A stretch of 64,000 nt of DNA, taken from Nitrospinaceae bacterium (GTDB taxonomy: Bacteria > Nitrospinota > Nitrospinia > Nitrospinales > Nitrospinaceae). The translations under genes and the position numbers were made by a program. Under the pieces are notes generated by a model, which was not told where the DNA came from, ran no database searches, and was given only the letters and a program-made list of their open reading frames with translations. The stretch is taken from contig OZ250172.1 in assembly GCA_965237905.1 (NCBI GenBank), forward strand, positions 1,920,001 to 1,984,000. The letters run 5' to 3'. Shown piece after piece: positions 41,538 through 53,078 of the stretch (position 1 is the first letter of the stretch; each line of letters starts with the position of its first letter).

Positions 41538-42179
41538 CTATTTCTGCAGTGACTTTTTAACCTTTTGCGGGCAGGCTTTATGTTTTCTGATATGGTCCCG
41601 AATATTCTCCGCCATGATGGGGTCCGGGTCCAGAAAGGATAACTTGACCAGTTTGATGAATTGGTCTTCGGTGAGTTCCCTAGATAACCAATAATGAAAT
41701 GTTTCGTTTCTTTCGTTTTCGGAGTCGGACTCGTTTCCCGGTTGGAATAGCTTTCTATGCGCTAAAAACATCTCATCCGGATACAGACCCCATGCCAGCC
41801 ATTCTTTCGGGAAATGCAATAGTTCCGCCAATCTGTTTTTAGTGAACTTCGGAATTTCATGTTTGGTGTAGCCGAAGAGTTCCATTCTAAGAGATTCCGT
41901 GCAGTCCTTGTGCCGGTTAATCGAGCTTCTCATGTATTTCCCGGACTTTTCAAATAAAGACAACTGGAACAATTTTTTTATTTGTACTTCGGTTAAACTC
42001 CCTTCCAGCCAATAGAAAAAGGCATCCAGTCTGAAATTCCTGTAACTTCCCTCATCGGCAGCCGTTTCATAGAATTTGTATAATTCCTCCAGCATTGCGT
42101 CTGGAAGCATATCCCATTCCTGCCACTCTTTTGGAAAGCGGCACTTATCCAAAAATTCATTTTTATTCATCAAATCCAT
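41538..42179 (-). CDS. Hypothetical protein with an internal two-fold repeat
   Basis: FPKEW..W..PD / F.YWL...LTE.Q..KL..LS occurs twice; GAGGG RBS. Confidence 0.7.
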   Translation of the reverse strand: MDLMNKNEFLDKCRFPKEWQEWDMLPDAMLEELYKFYETAADEGSYRNFRLDAFFYWLEGSLTEVQIKKLFQLSLFEKSGKYMRSSINRHKDCTESLRMELFGYTKHEIPKFTKNRLAELLHFPKEWLAWGLYPDEMFLAHRKLFQPGNESDSENERNETFHYWLSRELTEDQFIKLVKLSFLDPDPIMAENIRDHIRKHKACPQKVKKSLQK

Positions 42180-42287
42180 CACAGTAAATCCCTCAATATT
42201 AACCGATGTAAGAGTTGTGGAAGTTCCTTTATAGGATAAAGGGGCCAAGCCGGAAGGGGTAGCAAAAATTAGGAGTATAATGGGGGT

Positions 42288-42527
42288 ATGCCTAAACCCG
42301 ATGTGTCAAAGCGGCTGCGCTTTTGGAGCCGATTCACCCTTTTTGTGGGAATGGTCGCTCTGGGGCTCTATTTTGTATTTGATCCAACTACGCCTAAACT
42401 TTACAAATTGTTGATGACCCTTGGTGTGCTGGGATTCCTGCTGTTTTTCTTTATGGGAAGCGGCGGCGGAAAAGGCGGGCCGTTGGGAGGCAAAGCTCCG
42501 CCGACAAGATGGTTTGGCGGACATTAA
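42288..42527 (+). CDS. Small two-TM membrane protein
   Basis: Two hydrophobic helices and a Gly-rich tail. Confidence 0.55.
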   Translation: MPKPDVSKRLRFWSRFTLFVGMVALGLYFVFDPTTPKLYKLLMTLGVLGFLLFFFMGSGGGKGGPLGGKAPPTRWFGGH

Positions 42528-42560
42528 AACCTTCCCTGCATTTCCCTTCGACTTTATAAC

Positions 42561-42591
42561 AAAAGCCCCACGCCTGCTGGCATGGGGCTTT
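42561..42591. terminator. Bidirectional intrinsic terminator (icd and the convergent small ORF)
   Basis: AAAAGCCCCACGCC-TGCT-GGCATGGGGCTTT. Confidence 0.75.
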
Positions 42592-42651
42592 CAATTAATA
42601 GAGCGTGATCTATACTTCCGCCTTTTAAACCGCAGGTTACTTGTTATGCGG

Positions 42652-44922
<2,271 letters not shown>

Positions 44923-45103
44923 TTACTTAAGAATATACAATGTATCAATCAGCCCGACAGCCGAACTCATTGAAAGTCGCTAAATTTAGTTTTCCAAATT
45001 GCGCATAATATAGCCTAAGTTAAGACAAAACTCATCAATTTTTTGGCTCTCCACGGGGAAATTGGGCCTCAAAAACAGCCTGGTTTTTCTTTTTCTGGGC
45101 TGA

Positions 45104-47845
45104 TCACTCCAAATCCTCCAGTTTTTTGACCAGGAGGGTGTTGATCAGGCGTTCTTTCACCCGCTGAATCAGCGGCGGAAAGTTCAGTTTGCGTCCATCC
45201 AGTGACACCGAAAATACATCGATGCCTCGACCGCCCCGGGTGGCGATTTTGGCGCGGTGGGGCCGGATGCCGAAGTTCCGGAACGTGTGGGCAATTTTAT
45301 ACAGCATGCCGGGATGGTCGCACGCTTCGATGCGGATCAGGGTAAAGGGGTTTTCCGAGTAGTTTTCGACCTGGATTTGAGGTTCGATGGCCGCCTCACC
45401 GAGTGTCTCGTTCAACAGCCGGGTACGTTCCTTAAGCAAAGCGCCCAGGGTTTTGGTTTGGTCCAACAGGTCTTTGAGATTGCTTTCAATTTCCTTCCAC
45501 ACGTTTTCGACACTGCCAAAAATATTGATAGCCTTCTGACTGCCCACCTGAACGACGATGATGACGAGGCCATCCTGCCTCGAAAAAATTTGCGCGGAGA
45601 GAATGTTCAATGCCCGCGCGGTCAGGGTGCCCACCAGGTCCTTGAACAGGCCGGCATTGCTTTGGCCGCACAGGGTCAAATCGAAAAATTCCCCAGAGGG
45701 ATGGTCGACGAATTGAATTGCAAAGTCCTCGTCTCCTTTTTTCTCCACCAGTCGGATGTGGTCCACGATATCGCTGGAGTCCGCGGTATGCAGATAATCG
45801 TCCGGCATGGTCTCCAGATGCTGGTCGATGGCTTCTTTAGATAGTTGATCGGCCAGTTTGGAATAGACCGCCTGACGGGTGGTCTGGGGTTTTTCGTCTA
45901 AAGATTCCGGCCGCACCAGATAGTTGTGGGTGCGTTGGTACGCCTCGGTCAGTAGGATTTTTTTCCAGGAGGTCCAGGTTCCCGGCGCCACCGCGTTCAG
46001 CTCAGCGTAACTCAACAGCAGCAGGAGGCCGAGTTTCTGCGGCGTTTCGGCGATTTGACCCAGTTTGCGGATGATCGTTGGATTATGAATGTCCTCATGA
46101 AAGGCAATTTCATTCAGGGTGTGCAATTCACTGATCAGAAAAACCAGAAGCTCACGTTGTTCCGGGGTCAACGTTAAATCCTTGAACACGCGGGATAGCG
46201 ATTCGCGGGTTTGTGCAGTTGTTGATTCCTCTCCTTCCTTTTCCAGAGAATGCAGAAGACACGCCAGTTTGAGAATCACCCGGTGATCCGTTGCGTCGTA
46301 CAGTTCCTGAAATTTTTTCAGACCCTCGTCCGGCCGGTCAGGTAGGTTTTCCAGAAAATGGACCATGCGCAGGGCATGTTCGTCTGCGGTGGAGCGGTGA
46401 TAGAAATCGTAACTGATCCGGTACTGCGATTGACCGAATTCGGGAACCAGCAGGGCCAGCAGGTTGACCTCGTGCATCAGGTCCAAAACATTTTCCGAGT
46501 GTGGATGATCCAGAATGTCGAATAGAAATTCCGCCACCTTGGGGCTTGCAATGTAATGGGAATCCACGAGATCCACGTTTTGGCGAATCAGGCGATTCAG
46601 TTGCGTGTCCGGTTGCAATCCATACTGCTGGCACAGTTGGAATGCTTTGAGAAATAACGACAGATCGTTTTTAAACAAGTCCTCATTCAAATCCTGCGCG
46701 GACAGTTTGTTTTTTTTGATAATGAATCCGTTTTCCAGGTTGGTCTGTTGCAGTTGCGTCAGGATATTTTGGAGCGTCGGTTTGACTTCGAGGCATCGGT
46801 GGAATATATCTGCGCTTATATGCCGTATCCGGGTGGTGTGCATGAAATAATTGCGCATGAGGGATTCGGCATCGCCTTCACCCTCTTCCCCGCGGTAACC
46901 CAGGTGTGCCGCCAGTTCCTTTTGAATGCCCATCTCCAGCACATCGGACTTCTTGCCTTTCTGGTAATGCAACTCGTTGCGGACCCTCAGTAGAAAATCC
47001 ACCGATTCCCCCAGTTGATTCAGCTCCTCCGGGGTGACCACATCGGTCCGTTGAATTTCCTGAAGAGAGATGCCGTCGAAGGACACCGCCACCGCCCACA
47101 GCGCCGCATGGTAATCCCGCAAACCTCCCGGACCGTTTTTGATGTCCGGTTCCGGATGGCTGGTCACGCCTTCGCGGGTTTCCGAAGACTCAAAAATTAT
47201 TTTTAGATTTTCGTTGAGAAACTCTTTGGCTCTCTTCTTAAGGACGTTTTTGCGGACCGAGTTCCATAGCTTCTGGTAGAGCGGGTAGGTGCCGGTCAGG
47301 AACCGGGTTTCGATCATAGACGTACGGATGGTGGGGTCGTCCAGCGCCAACAGTTGGCACTCCTTGATCGTTCGGCAACTCTGTCCAATTTCCAGTCCGA
47401 TGCCCCACAGGACGGAAATAATATCCTGAATGAACCGGTCCAGGGTCTTGTCCATTTTTTTCTGCAGGAGAAACAACAGGTCGATATCGGAGCCGGGGTT
47501 GAGTTCCCCCCGACCGTATCCTCCCACCGCTACCAACGCGAACTTATCCGGTAGATTTTTGTTTTGATACTCTTCCAATTCGGAGAGCGTCGTGACCACA
47601 TGCCGGATGACCTCATCCATAAGCCCGGTCAGCGCCTGGATGACTTCTCTTCCTCCAGCGCCGGCCCGGTGCCAATCTTTTATTTTTTCGTGCTCCTGCT
47701 GGATCAGGTCCTTGAATTTGTGGAAATAGTCCAGGCGCACCTTGGGATCCGCCGGAATCTGCCGGACCGAAGAGAAATCGGGGTCGAACTGATGGAAGAG
47801 AGCTTTGGGACTCATAGTTCGTGATGGGATCTCAAAAAAAGACAA
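45104..47845 (-). CDS. glnD: PII uridylyltransferase/uridylyl-removing enzyme
   Basis: AVGGYGRGELNPGSDIDLL, KNGPGGLRD, two C-terminal ACT domains; HD motif reads HS. Confidence 0.88.
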   Translation of the reverse strand: MSFFEIPSRTMSPKALFHQFDPDFSSVRQIPADPKVRLDYFHKFKDLIQQEHEKIKDWHRAGAGGREVIQALTGLMDEVIRHVVTTLSELEEYQNKNLPDKFALVAVGGYGRGELNPGSDIDLLFLLQKKMDKTLDRFIQDIISVLWGIGLEIGQSCRTIKECQLLALDDPTIRTSMIETRFLTGTYPLYQKLWNSVRKNVLKKRAKEFLNENLKIIFESSETREGVTSHPEPDIKNGPGGLRDYHAALWAVAVSFDGISLQEIQRTDVVTPEELNQLGESVDFLLRVRNELHYQKGKKSDVLEMGIQKELAAHLGYRGEEGEGDAESLMRNYFMHTTRIRHISADIFHRCLEVKPTLQNILTQLQQTNLENGFIIKKNKLSAQDLNEDLFKNDLSLFLKAFQLCQQYGLQPDTQLNRLIRQNVDLVDSHYIASPKVAEFLFDILDHPHSENVLDLMHEVNLLALLVPEFGQSQYRISYDFYHRSTADEHALRMVHFLENLPDRPDEGLKKFQELYDATDHRVILKLACLLHSLEKEGEESTTAQTRESLSRVFKDLTLTPEQRELLVFLISELHTLNEIAFHEDIHNPTIIRKLGQIAETPQKLGLLLLLSYAELNAVAPGTWTSWKKILLTEAYQRTHNYLVRPESLDEKPQTTRQAVYSKLADQLSKEAIDQHLETMPDDYLHTADSSDIVDHIRLVEKKGDEDFAIQFVDHPSGEFFDLTLCGQSNAGLFKDLVGTLTARALNILSAQIFSRQDGLVIIVVQVGSQKAINIFGSVENVWKEIESNLKDLLDQTKTLGALLKERTRLLNETLGEAAIEPQIQVENYSENPFTLIRIEACDHPGMLYKIAHTFRNFGIRPHRAKIATRGGRGIDVFSVSLDGRKLNFPPLIQRVKERLINTLLVKKLEDLE

Positions 47846-48002
47846 TTTATGGGTGTGTATTGGGTTCTGCTAATTGAATCCTGTATTTTAAGGAAAACAA
47901 AAGAATATGGAAGGTTTAATTGTCCGGGCCGGAACCGGGATTCAGACCTTTTTTGGAGGTGGCCGTTTTCCTGTTCCCCGGAGTGAATCCGGCCAAATTT
48001 GC

Positions 48003-48032
48003 TTGACAAAACGGGGGTTAATCTTATACGTT
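48003..48032 (+). promoter_or_regulatory. Candidate sigma70 promoter for mdh
   Basis: TTGACA-N18-TACGTT. Confidence 0.45.
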
Positions 48033-48160
48033 ACTTTTTCTCACAGTTGATTATCACCAAAATGCTTGCCGGTTTGAATACCAATTTATATCATTACGAT
48101 TATTCAAATAATCGAGAGCTCATTTCTTCTGTTTGATCTTTTTACTTTGCGAGGACGCGA

Positions 48161-49111
48161 ATGGGACTTATGCGAAAGAAGATCACCATAGTCGGCGCGG
48201 GTCAGGTCGGTACCACGGTGGCTCAGTTGGTGGCCTACAAGAATCTAGGTAACATTGTGCTGGTGGATATTGTTGAAGGGGTTCCCCAGGGGAAAGCCCT
48301 CGACCTCCAGCAGTCCGGTTGTCTGCAGGCGTTTGACAGTATTGTCACCGGCACCAATGACTACAAGGACACGGCCAATTCAGATATCGTGGTGATCACT
48401 GCGGGTTTGCCCAGAAAACCGGGGCAGGACCGGTCCGATTTGCTCCGCATCAACGCCAAAATTGTAAAGAGCGTGACCGAGCAGATCATGAAGTATTCCA
48501 CCGATCCCATTATCATTGTGGTGTCGAATCCGCTCGATGCCATGGTGTATCTCGCCAAACAAGTTTCCGGCCTGTCGAGAAATCATGTCCTCGGTATGGC
48601 GGGCGTTTTGGACTCCGCGCGGTTCCGCACCTTTGTGTCGCTGGAGCTGTCCTGTTCCCTGGTGGATGTCGATGCCATGGTCCTGGGCGGGCACGGCGAT
48701 TCCATGGTCCCGATGCCGCGCTACACCACCGTCTCCGGTATTTCCATCACCGACCTGATGACGCAGGAGCAAATCGACCGGCTGGTGGAGCGCACGCGTA
48801 AAGGCGGCGCGGAAATCGTCGGCCTCCTGAAAAACGGGAGCGCCTTCTCTGCGCCCGGTGCCTCGGCGGTCAAGATGATCGAAGCGATCCTGCAAGACAA
48901 GCGAAGAATCCTGCCGTGCACCGCGTATCTGGATGGGGAATACGGTTGGAGTAATATTTTCTTCGGGGTGCCGGTGGAGTTGGGTGCGTTGGGCATCGAC
49001 AAAATCATCGAACTGAACCTGACCCCGGACGAAAAGAAAGCGCTCGATACATCCGCCGCCGATGTGAAAGTGATGATCGACGAAGTTGATGCCTTCCTGA
49101 AAGAAAAGTAA
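48161..49111 (+). CDS. mdh: Malate dehydrogenase (LDH-like)
   Basis: GAGQVG, AGLPRKPG, SNPLDAM, LDSARF, VLGGHGD. Confidence 0.95.
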   Translation: MGLMRKKITIVGAGQVGTTVAQLVAYKNLGNIVLVDIVEGVPQGKALDLQQSGCLQAFDSIVTGTNDYKDTANSDIVVITAGLPRKPGQDRSDLLRINAKIVKSVTEQIMKYSTDPIIIVVSNPLDAMVYLAKQVSGLSRNHVLGMAGVLDSARFRTFVSLELSCSLVDVDAMVLGGHGDSMVPMPRYTTVSGISITDLMTQEQIDRLVERTRKGGAEIVGLLKNGSAFSAPGASAVKMIEAILQDKRRILPCTAYLDGEYGWSNIFFGVPVELGALGIDKIIELNLTPDEKKALDTSAADVKVMIDEVDAFLKEK

Positions 49112-49157
49112 GGCGCTCATTTGACCTACCGCATAATTTCAAACGGATTGAATACGA

Positions 49158-49784
49158 CTATTCCGGAATTTTGCCAATGCGCTCCCAGCGAATGGTGCTT
49201 TCCTCATTGTTCCACGACCAGTAAATAATTTTAACCTCCCGCACTATATCTTTTACTTCCAAAGGACCAAACAGCCTGCTGTCGATACTGTTTTCACGAT
49301 TGTCTCCGAGCACAAAAAAATATTCATCGGGAATCATCACAGGACCAAAGTCATCCCGAGGGAACACAGGTGTAGCTTTCGGTGGTTCTGTGTGTTGGGC
49401 ATAGGGTTCGTCCAAGGTTTTGTCATTGATATAAACTTTTTGTTTGCGGATTTTCAGTTTCTCTCCCGGCAACCCCACCACACGTTTAACGAATTCCTTT
49501 TGCCTGTCGTCCGGATACGGAAAAACAACGATATCTCCTCTATCAGGTTTTTGGTCGGCGAAAAACCTAAGCGTAATGATGTGATCACCTATGAGCAAAG
49601 CGGGTTCCATGCTAGCCGCGGGAATTTTGTATGCTTTATACGAATAAAGACCATAAATCACCATTAGGCCCATCCCAATAGCCACAACCAATAATCCGGC
49701 GTTAGTTAAAAACAGATGCCAGCGTTTGGTGGGTTTGGCTGGAGGTGAATTCTGCTTATGTTGGATTTGTGGAGACTCCGTCAT
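49158..49784 (-). CDS. lepB: Signal peptidase I
   Basis: SMEPAL (Ser), VKRVVGLPGE (Lys), GDNRENSIDSR. Confidence 0.9.
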   Translation of the reverse strand: MTESPQIQHKQNSPPAKPTKRWHLFLTNAGLLVVAIGMGLMVIYGLYSYKAYKIPAASMEPALLIGDHIITLRFFADQKPDRGDIVVFPYPDDRQKEFVKRVVGLPGEKLKIRKQKVYINDKTLDEPYAQHTEPPKATPVFPRDDFGPVMIPDEYFFVLGDNRENSIDSRLFGPLEVKDIVREVKIIYWSWNNEESTIRWERIGKIPE

Positions 49785-49926
49785 GATTTTTCCATATTTT
49801 CTGTGTCTTTGGTTTATCTTCGGATTTCAAATGGATCGAATACCGTCTTGATGGATTTGGCCTCGTGCGCGCCCAGAGGAGAGGAACAATAAAATAGAAA
49901 TTAATAGAATAAATATTCGCATGACG

Positions 49927-50223
49927 TTATCCGAAACTTTTGGTTAATTCGATAACGATCCCTTTGGCCAGAATGTACAGACCCATCGATCCCGCGATCA
50001 GGGTGCTGAACCACAGGTTGTTCACCGGCTCTTTTTTCTTTTTAGCGTCTACGATTAACACCAGGCCCAGGATTCCCATCAGCAGGCTGAGCAGAAAGGG
50101 ACCGAGAAAAAGAACGGCTCCGGCTGATCGACCCCACGCATCGAATTGCCTGATGTAGATCGACAATCCCCAGAACATCAGCAGGGGCAGGGGGCTCGTC
50201 CATATAAAAATCTTCCGGATCAC
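49927..50223 (-). CDS. Small membrane protein
   Basis: Three hydrophobic segments; GTGA overlap with arsC. Confidence 0.6.
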   Translation of the reverse strand: MIRKIFIWTSPLPLLMFWGLSIYIRQFDAWGRSAGAVLFLGPFLLSLLMGILGLVLIVDAKKKKEPVNNLWFSTLIAGSMGLYILAKGIVIELTKSFG

Positions 50224-50666
50224 GCCGCCGTCTCCGGTTCAATATTGTCGGGCAGTCCCGATACAAATACTTGGATCTCGTCCCGCACCCGCCGGTAATG
50301 GGACAATGCTTCATCTTCCGTCGCGGCTCCCTGTGCCAGTTTCGGTGGGTCGTCGAATCCCACATGCACCACGCGCGTTTTGCCGGGGAACACCGGGCAG
50401 GTCTCGTCAGCGTGACCGCACACGGTGACCACATAGTCGAATGGCACGTACATCACGTCATCGACGTGCTTGGACGTGTGTTTAGAAATATCGATGCCCG
50501 CTTCATCCATGACTTTGATGGCGCGCGTGTTCATCCCGTGCGGATTGATACCCGCCGAATGCGGTTCGATCACGTCGCCCTTCAACGCCTGCGCCCAGCC
50601 CTCCGCCATCTGGCTCCGGCACGAATTCCCCGTACATAAAAACAATATTTTGAGCTTATCAGCCAT
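50220..50666 (-). CDS. arsC: Thioredoxin-coupled arsenate reductase (LMW-PTP fold)
   Basis: CTGNSCRSQMAE, VC..ADETCP, DDP. Confidence 0.9.
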   Translation of the reverse strand: MADKLKILFLCTGNSCRSQMAEGWAQALKGDVIEPHSAGINPHGMNTRAIKVMDEAGIDISKHTSKHVDDVMYVPFDYVVTVCGHADETCPVFPGKTRVVHVGFDDPPKLAQGAATEDEALSHYRRVRDEIQVFVSGLPDNIEPETAA

Positions 50667-50870
50667 GACCTATCAAGTGTAACATAAGCCTCCAGAAGGC
50701 GGTTTGCCGCTTGATTTTTGCTATATTTTCGCCTATGATAAGCGCAATTGAATCGACCCTGAATCAGGTGGGTAACTGCGGAGTCCCAGCGACCCCAATG
50801 TCCGCCGTCCGCGCAGGACTCGCCTATGATGGGCCGACAATTCTAGCAACCCATTTATAGGCGGAGGACT

Positions 50871-51467
50871 ATGTATCTGACCAAACGCCAGAAGGAGATT
50901 TACCAGTTTCTCAAGGAGCATATCCAGTCGATGGGCTACGCGCCGAGCATCATGGAGATCTGCGCGAAGTTCAACCTGTCGTCACCGGCCACGGTGCACA
51001 AGCACCTCAGCCATATCGAGGAGAAAGGGCTCATCCGCCGCGAGCAGAACCTGAGCCGCGCCATCGAATTGGTGGAAGAGACAGCGGCGGCCCTGCCGGA
51101 GTTTCAACTGCTCGGACACATCATGGCGGGTAAACCGATCGAGGTGATCGAGGCGCGCGAGATGATGTCGCTCATGCCCGACCCGTCGGGTAAGGACATC
51201 TTCGTGCTGAAGGTCAAGGGTCAGTCGATGATCGACGACCATATCCAGGACGGTGATTACGTTATCGTTGAACGGCGCGACCAGGCGGAAAACGGCGAGA
51301 CCGTTGTTGCTCTGCTTAATAACGAATCGGCCACACTCAAACGCTTTTACCGGGAGAAGGATCACATCCGCCTGCAACCCGCCAATGCGGATATGGAACC
51401 CATCATTGTGAAAGAAGGTGACTTCAAAATCCAGGGCGTGGTCATCGGCGTCCTCCGAAAATTCTAA
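50871..51467 (+). CDS. lexA: SOS repressor LexA
   Basis: wHTH (LTKRQ..PSIMEI..SPATV), Ala-Gly site AGKP, GQSM Ser, TLKR Lys. Confidence 0.95.
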   Translation: MYLTKRQKEIYQFLKEHIQSMGYAPSIMEICAKFNLSSPATVHKHLSHIEEKGLIRREQNLSRAIELVEETAAALPEFQLLGHIMAGKPIEVIEAREMMSLMPDPSGKDIFVLKVKGQSMIDDHIQDGDYVIVERRDQAENGETVVALLNNESATLKRFYREKDHIRLQPANADMEPIIVKEGDFKIQGVVIGVLRKF

Positions 51468-51475
51468 ACCATTTA

Positions 51476-51888
51476 ATTAACCACAGATGAACACAGATGC
51501 ACACAGATAAGGTCACGGAATCAATCATCAGTTGCGGTATGAAGGTGAGCAACACTTTGGATGCGGGTTTTTTGGAAAAGGTTTATGAAAACGCATTGGT
51601 TTTGGAATTGAATAAGGCTGGGTTAAAAGCGGAGCAACAAAAGAAAATCGCAGTCATGTATGAAGGTACGGTGGTTGGCGATTACTTTGCAGATGTTTTA
51701 GTCAATGATCAGGTCATAATTGAAGTGAAAGCACTAAAGGCAATTGATGAATCCCATCAAGCCCAACTTTTAAATTATCTGAAAGCGACACAAATGCGAG
51801 TGGGATTGATTCTCAATTTCGGAACGTCACGCATGGGCATCAAAAGAATGGTTTTATGATTTCCCATCTGTGTTCATCTGTGGTTAAT
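51476..51888. mobile_element. Candidate element: GxxExxY gene bounded by perfect 24-bp inverted repeats
   Basis: ATTAACCACAGATGAACACAGATG (51476-51499) and CATCTGTGTTCATCTGTGGTTAAT (51865-51888); mobility is inferred. Confidence 0.6.
51497..51859 (+). CDS. GxxExxY protein (PD-(D/E)XK nuclease-like)
   Basis: GFLEKVY, ADVLV..IIEVKA, AQLLNYLKAT, GLILNFG. Confidence 0.93.
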   Translation: MHTDKVTESIISCGMKVSNTLDAGFLEKVYENALVLELNKAGLKAEQQKKIAVMYEGTVVGDYFADVLVNDQVIIEVKALKAIDESHQAQLLNYLKATQMRVGLILNFGTSRMGIKRMVL

Positions 51889-51900
51889 AGGGTTTGATTA

Positions 51901-53076
51901 ATGGGGTTTATGGTTAGAAATATTTTACATATCGACATGGACGCGTTTTTTGTTTCGGTGGAACAGGTACGCGATCCGTCCCTCAAAGGCAAGCCGGTGA
52001 TCGTCGGTGGCGATCCGGACGGAGGACGCGGCGTGGTCGCGGCCGCATCCTATGAAGCGCGCAAGTATGGCATCCATTCCGCGATGCCCGTTACCCGCGC
52101 CAAACGGTTGTGTCCTCATGCCATCTTCCTGCGTGGGACGCATGGACTCTACAGCGAATTTTCGGCGCGCATCTTCGCCATCCTCGATCGCTACTCGCCG
52201 CTGGTAGAACCGATGTCCCTCGACGAGGCGTACGTCGACTTGACCGGGTGCGAGCGCCTGCACGGTCCCATCACCGAAACGGCGGTGCGGATGCATGACG
52301 AGATCAAAAACCAGGTGGGTATCAATGCTTCGGTCGGCATGGCGGCCAACAAGCTGATGGCGAAGATCGCCTCCGGAATGTCGAAGCCCGACGGACTCCT
52401 GCGCATCCTGCCGGGCCACGAGGCGGCGTTCCTGGCGCCGCTTTCTATCGGGCGCATTCCGGGCATCGGACCCAAAAGCGTTGAGGAGTTCAAGCGCATG
52501 GGCATTCATACCGTGCGCGATCTTTCAGCACTTCCGCTGGAGTTACTGGAGGAGGCACATGGCGAATGGGGGCACCGTCTTTATGAAAAAGCGCGCGGCA
52601 TCAGTCATTCGCCGGTGATGAAGCGCGACGACACCCGCTCGATCAGTCGCGAGACGACGCTGGACGAGGACTCAACCGACCCGGCGTTTCTGGAATCGAC
52701 GCTCAGCTGGCTGGTGGAGAAGGCGGCGTCGCAACTGCGCGAGGAAGGCCTCCGCGCCCGGTGCGTGTCGCTGAAACTACGCGACTCGAATTTCAAGACG
52801 GTCACCCGCTCGCACACGTTGAACGAAGCCGCTTGCGAAGACCACGTCATCTTTGATACGGTAGCAGGCTTGTTCCGCAAATTGTTCACGCAAAAGACGC
52901 GCGTGCGGTTGGTCGGCGTGGCGCTCACGTCGCTCACCTCCGGCACGTCGCCGCAGATGGAGTTGTTCGAAAACCTAGACGCCGAGCAGTGGCAGAAACT
53001 GTATCAGGGCATCGACCGCATCCGCGACAAATACGGTTTCCGTTCCATCTTAAGAGGATCGAGCGTTATCAATTAA
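51901..53076 (+). CDS. dinB: DNA polymerase IV
   Basis: HIDMDAFFVSVE, AASYEAR, SLDEAY; start may be 51910. Confidence 0.95.
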   Translation: MGFMVRNILHIDMDAFFVSVEQVRDPSLKGKPVIVGGDPDGGRGVVAAASYEARKYGIHSAMPVTRAKRLCPHAIFLRGTHGLYSEFSARIFAILDRYSPLVEPMSLDEAYVDLTGCERLHGPITETAVRMHDEIKNQVGINASVGMAANKLMAKIASGMSKPDGLLRILPGHEAAFLAPLSIGRIPGIGPKSVEEFKRMGIHTVRDLSALPLELLEEAHGEWGHRLYEKARGISHSPVMKRDDTRSISRETTLDEDSTDPAFLESTLSWLVEKAASQLREEGLRARCVSLKLRDSNFKTVTRSHTLNEAACEDHVIFDTVAGLFRKLFTQKTRVRLVGVALTSLTSGTSPQMELFENLDAEQWQKLYQGIDRIRDKYGFRSILRGSSVIN

Positions 53077-53078
53077 TT

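Noticed and set aside
51477..51887. piggyBac-type transposon because of the TTAA ends
   Set aside because: There is no DDE transposase, and TTAA also begins the solo copies, so it may simply be part of the repeat.
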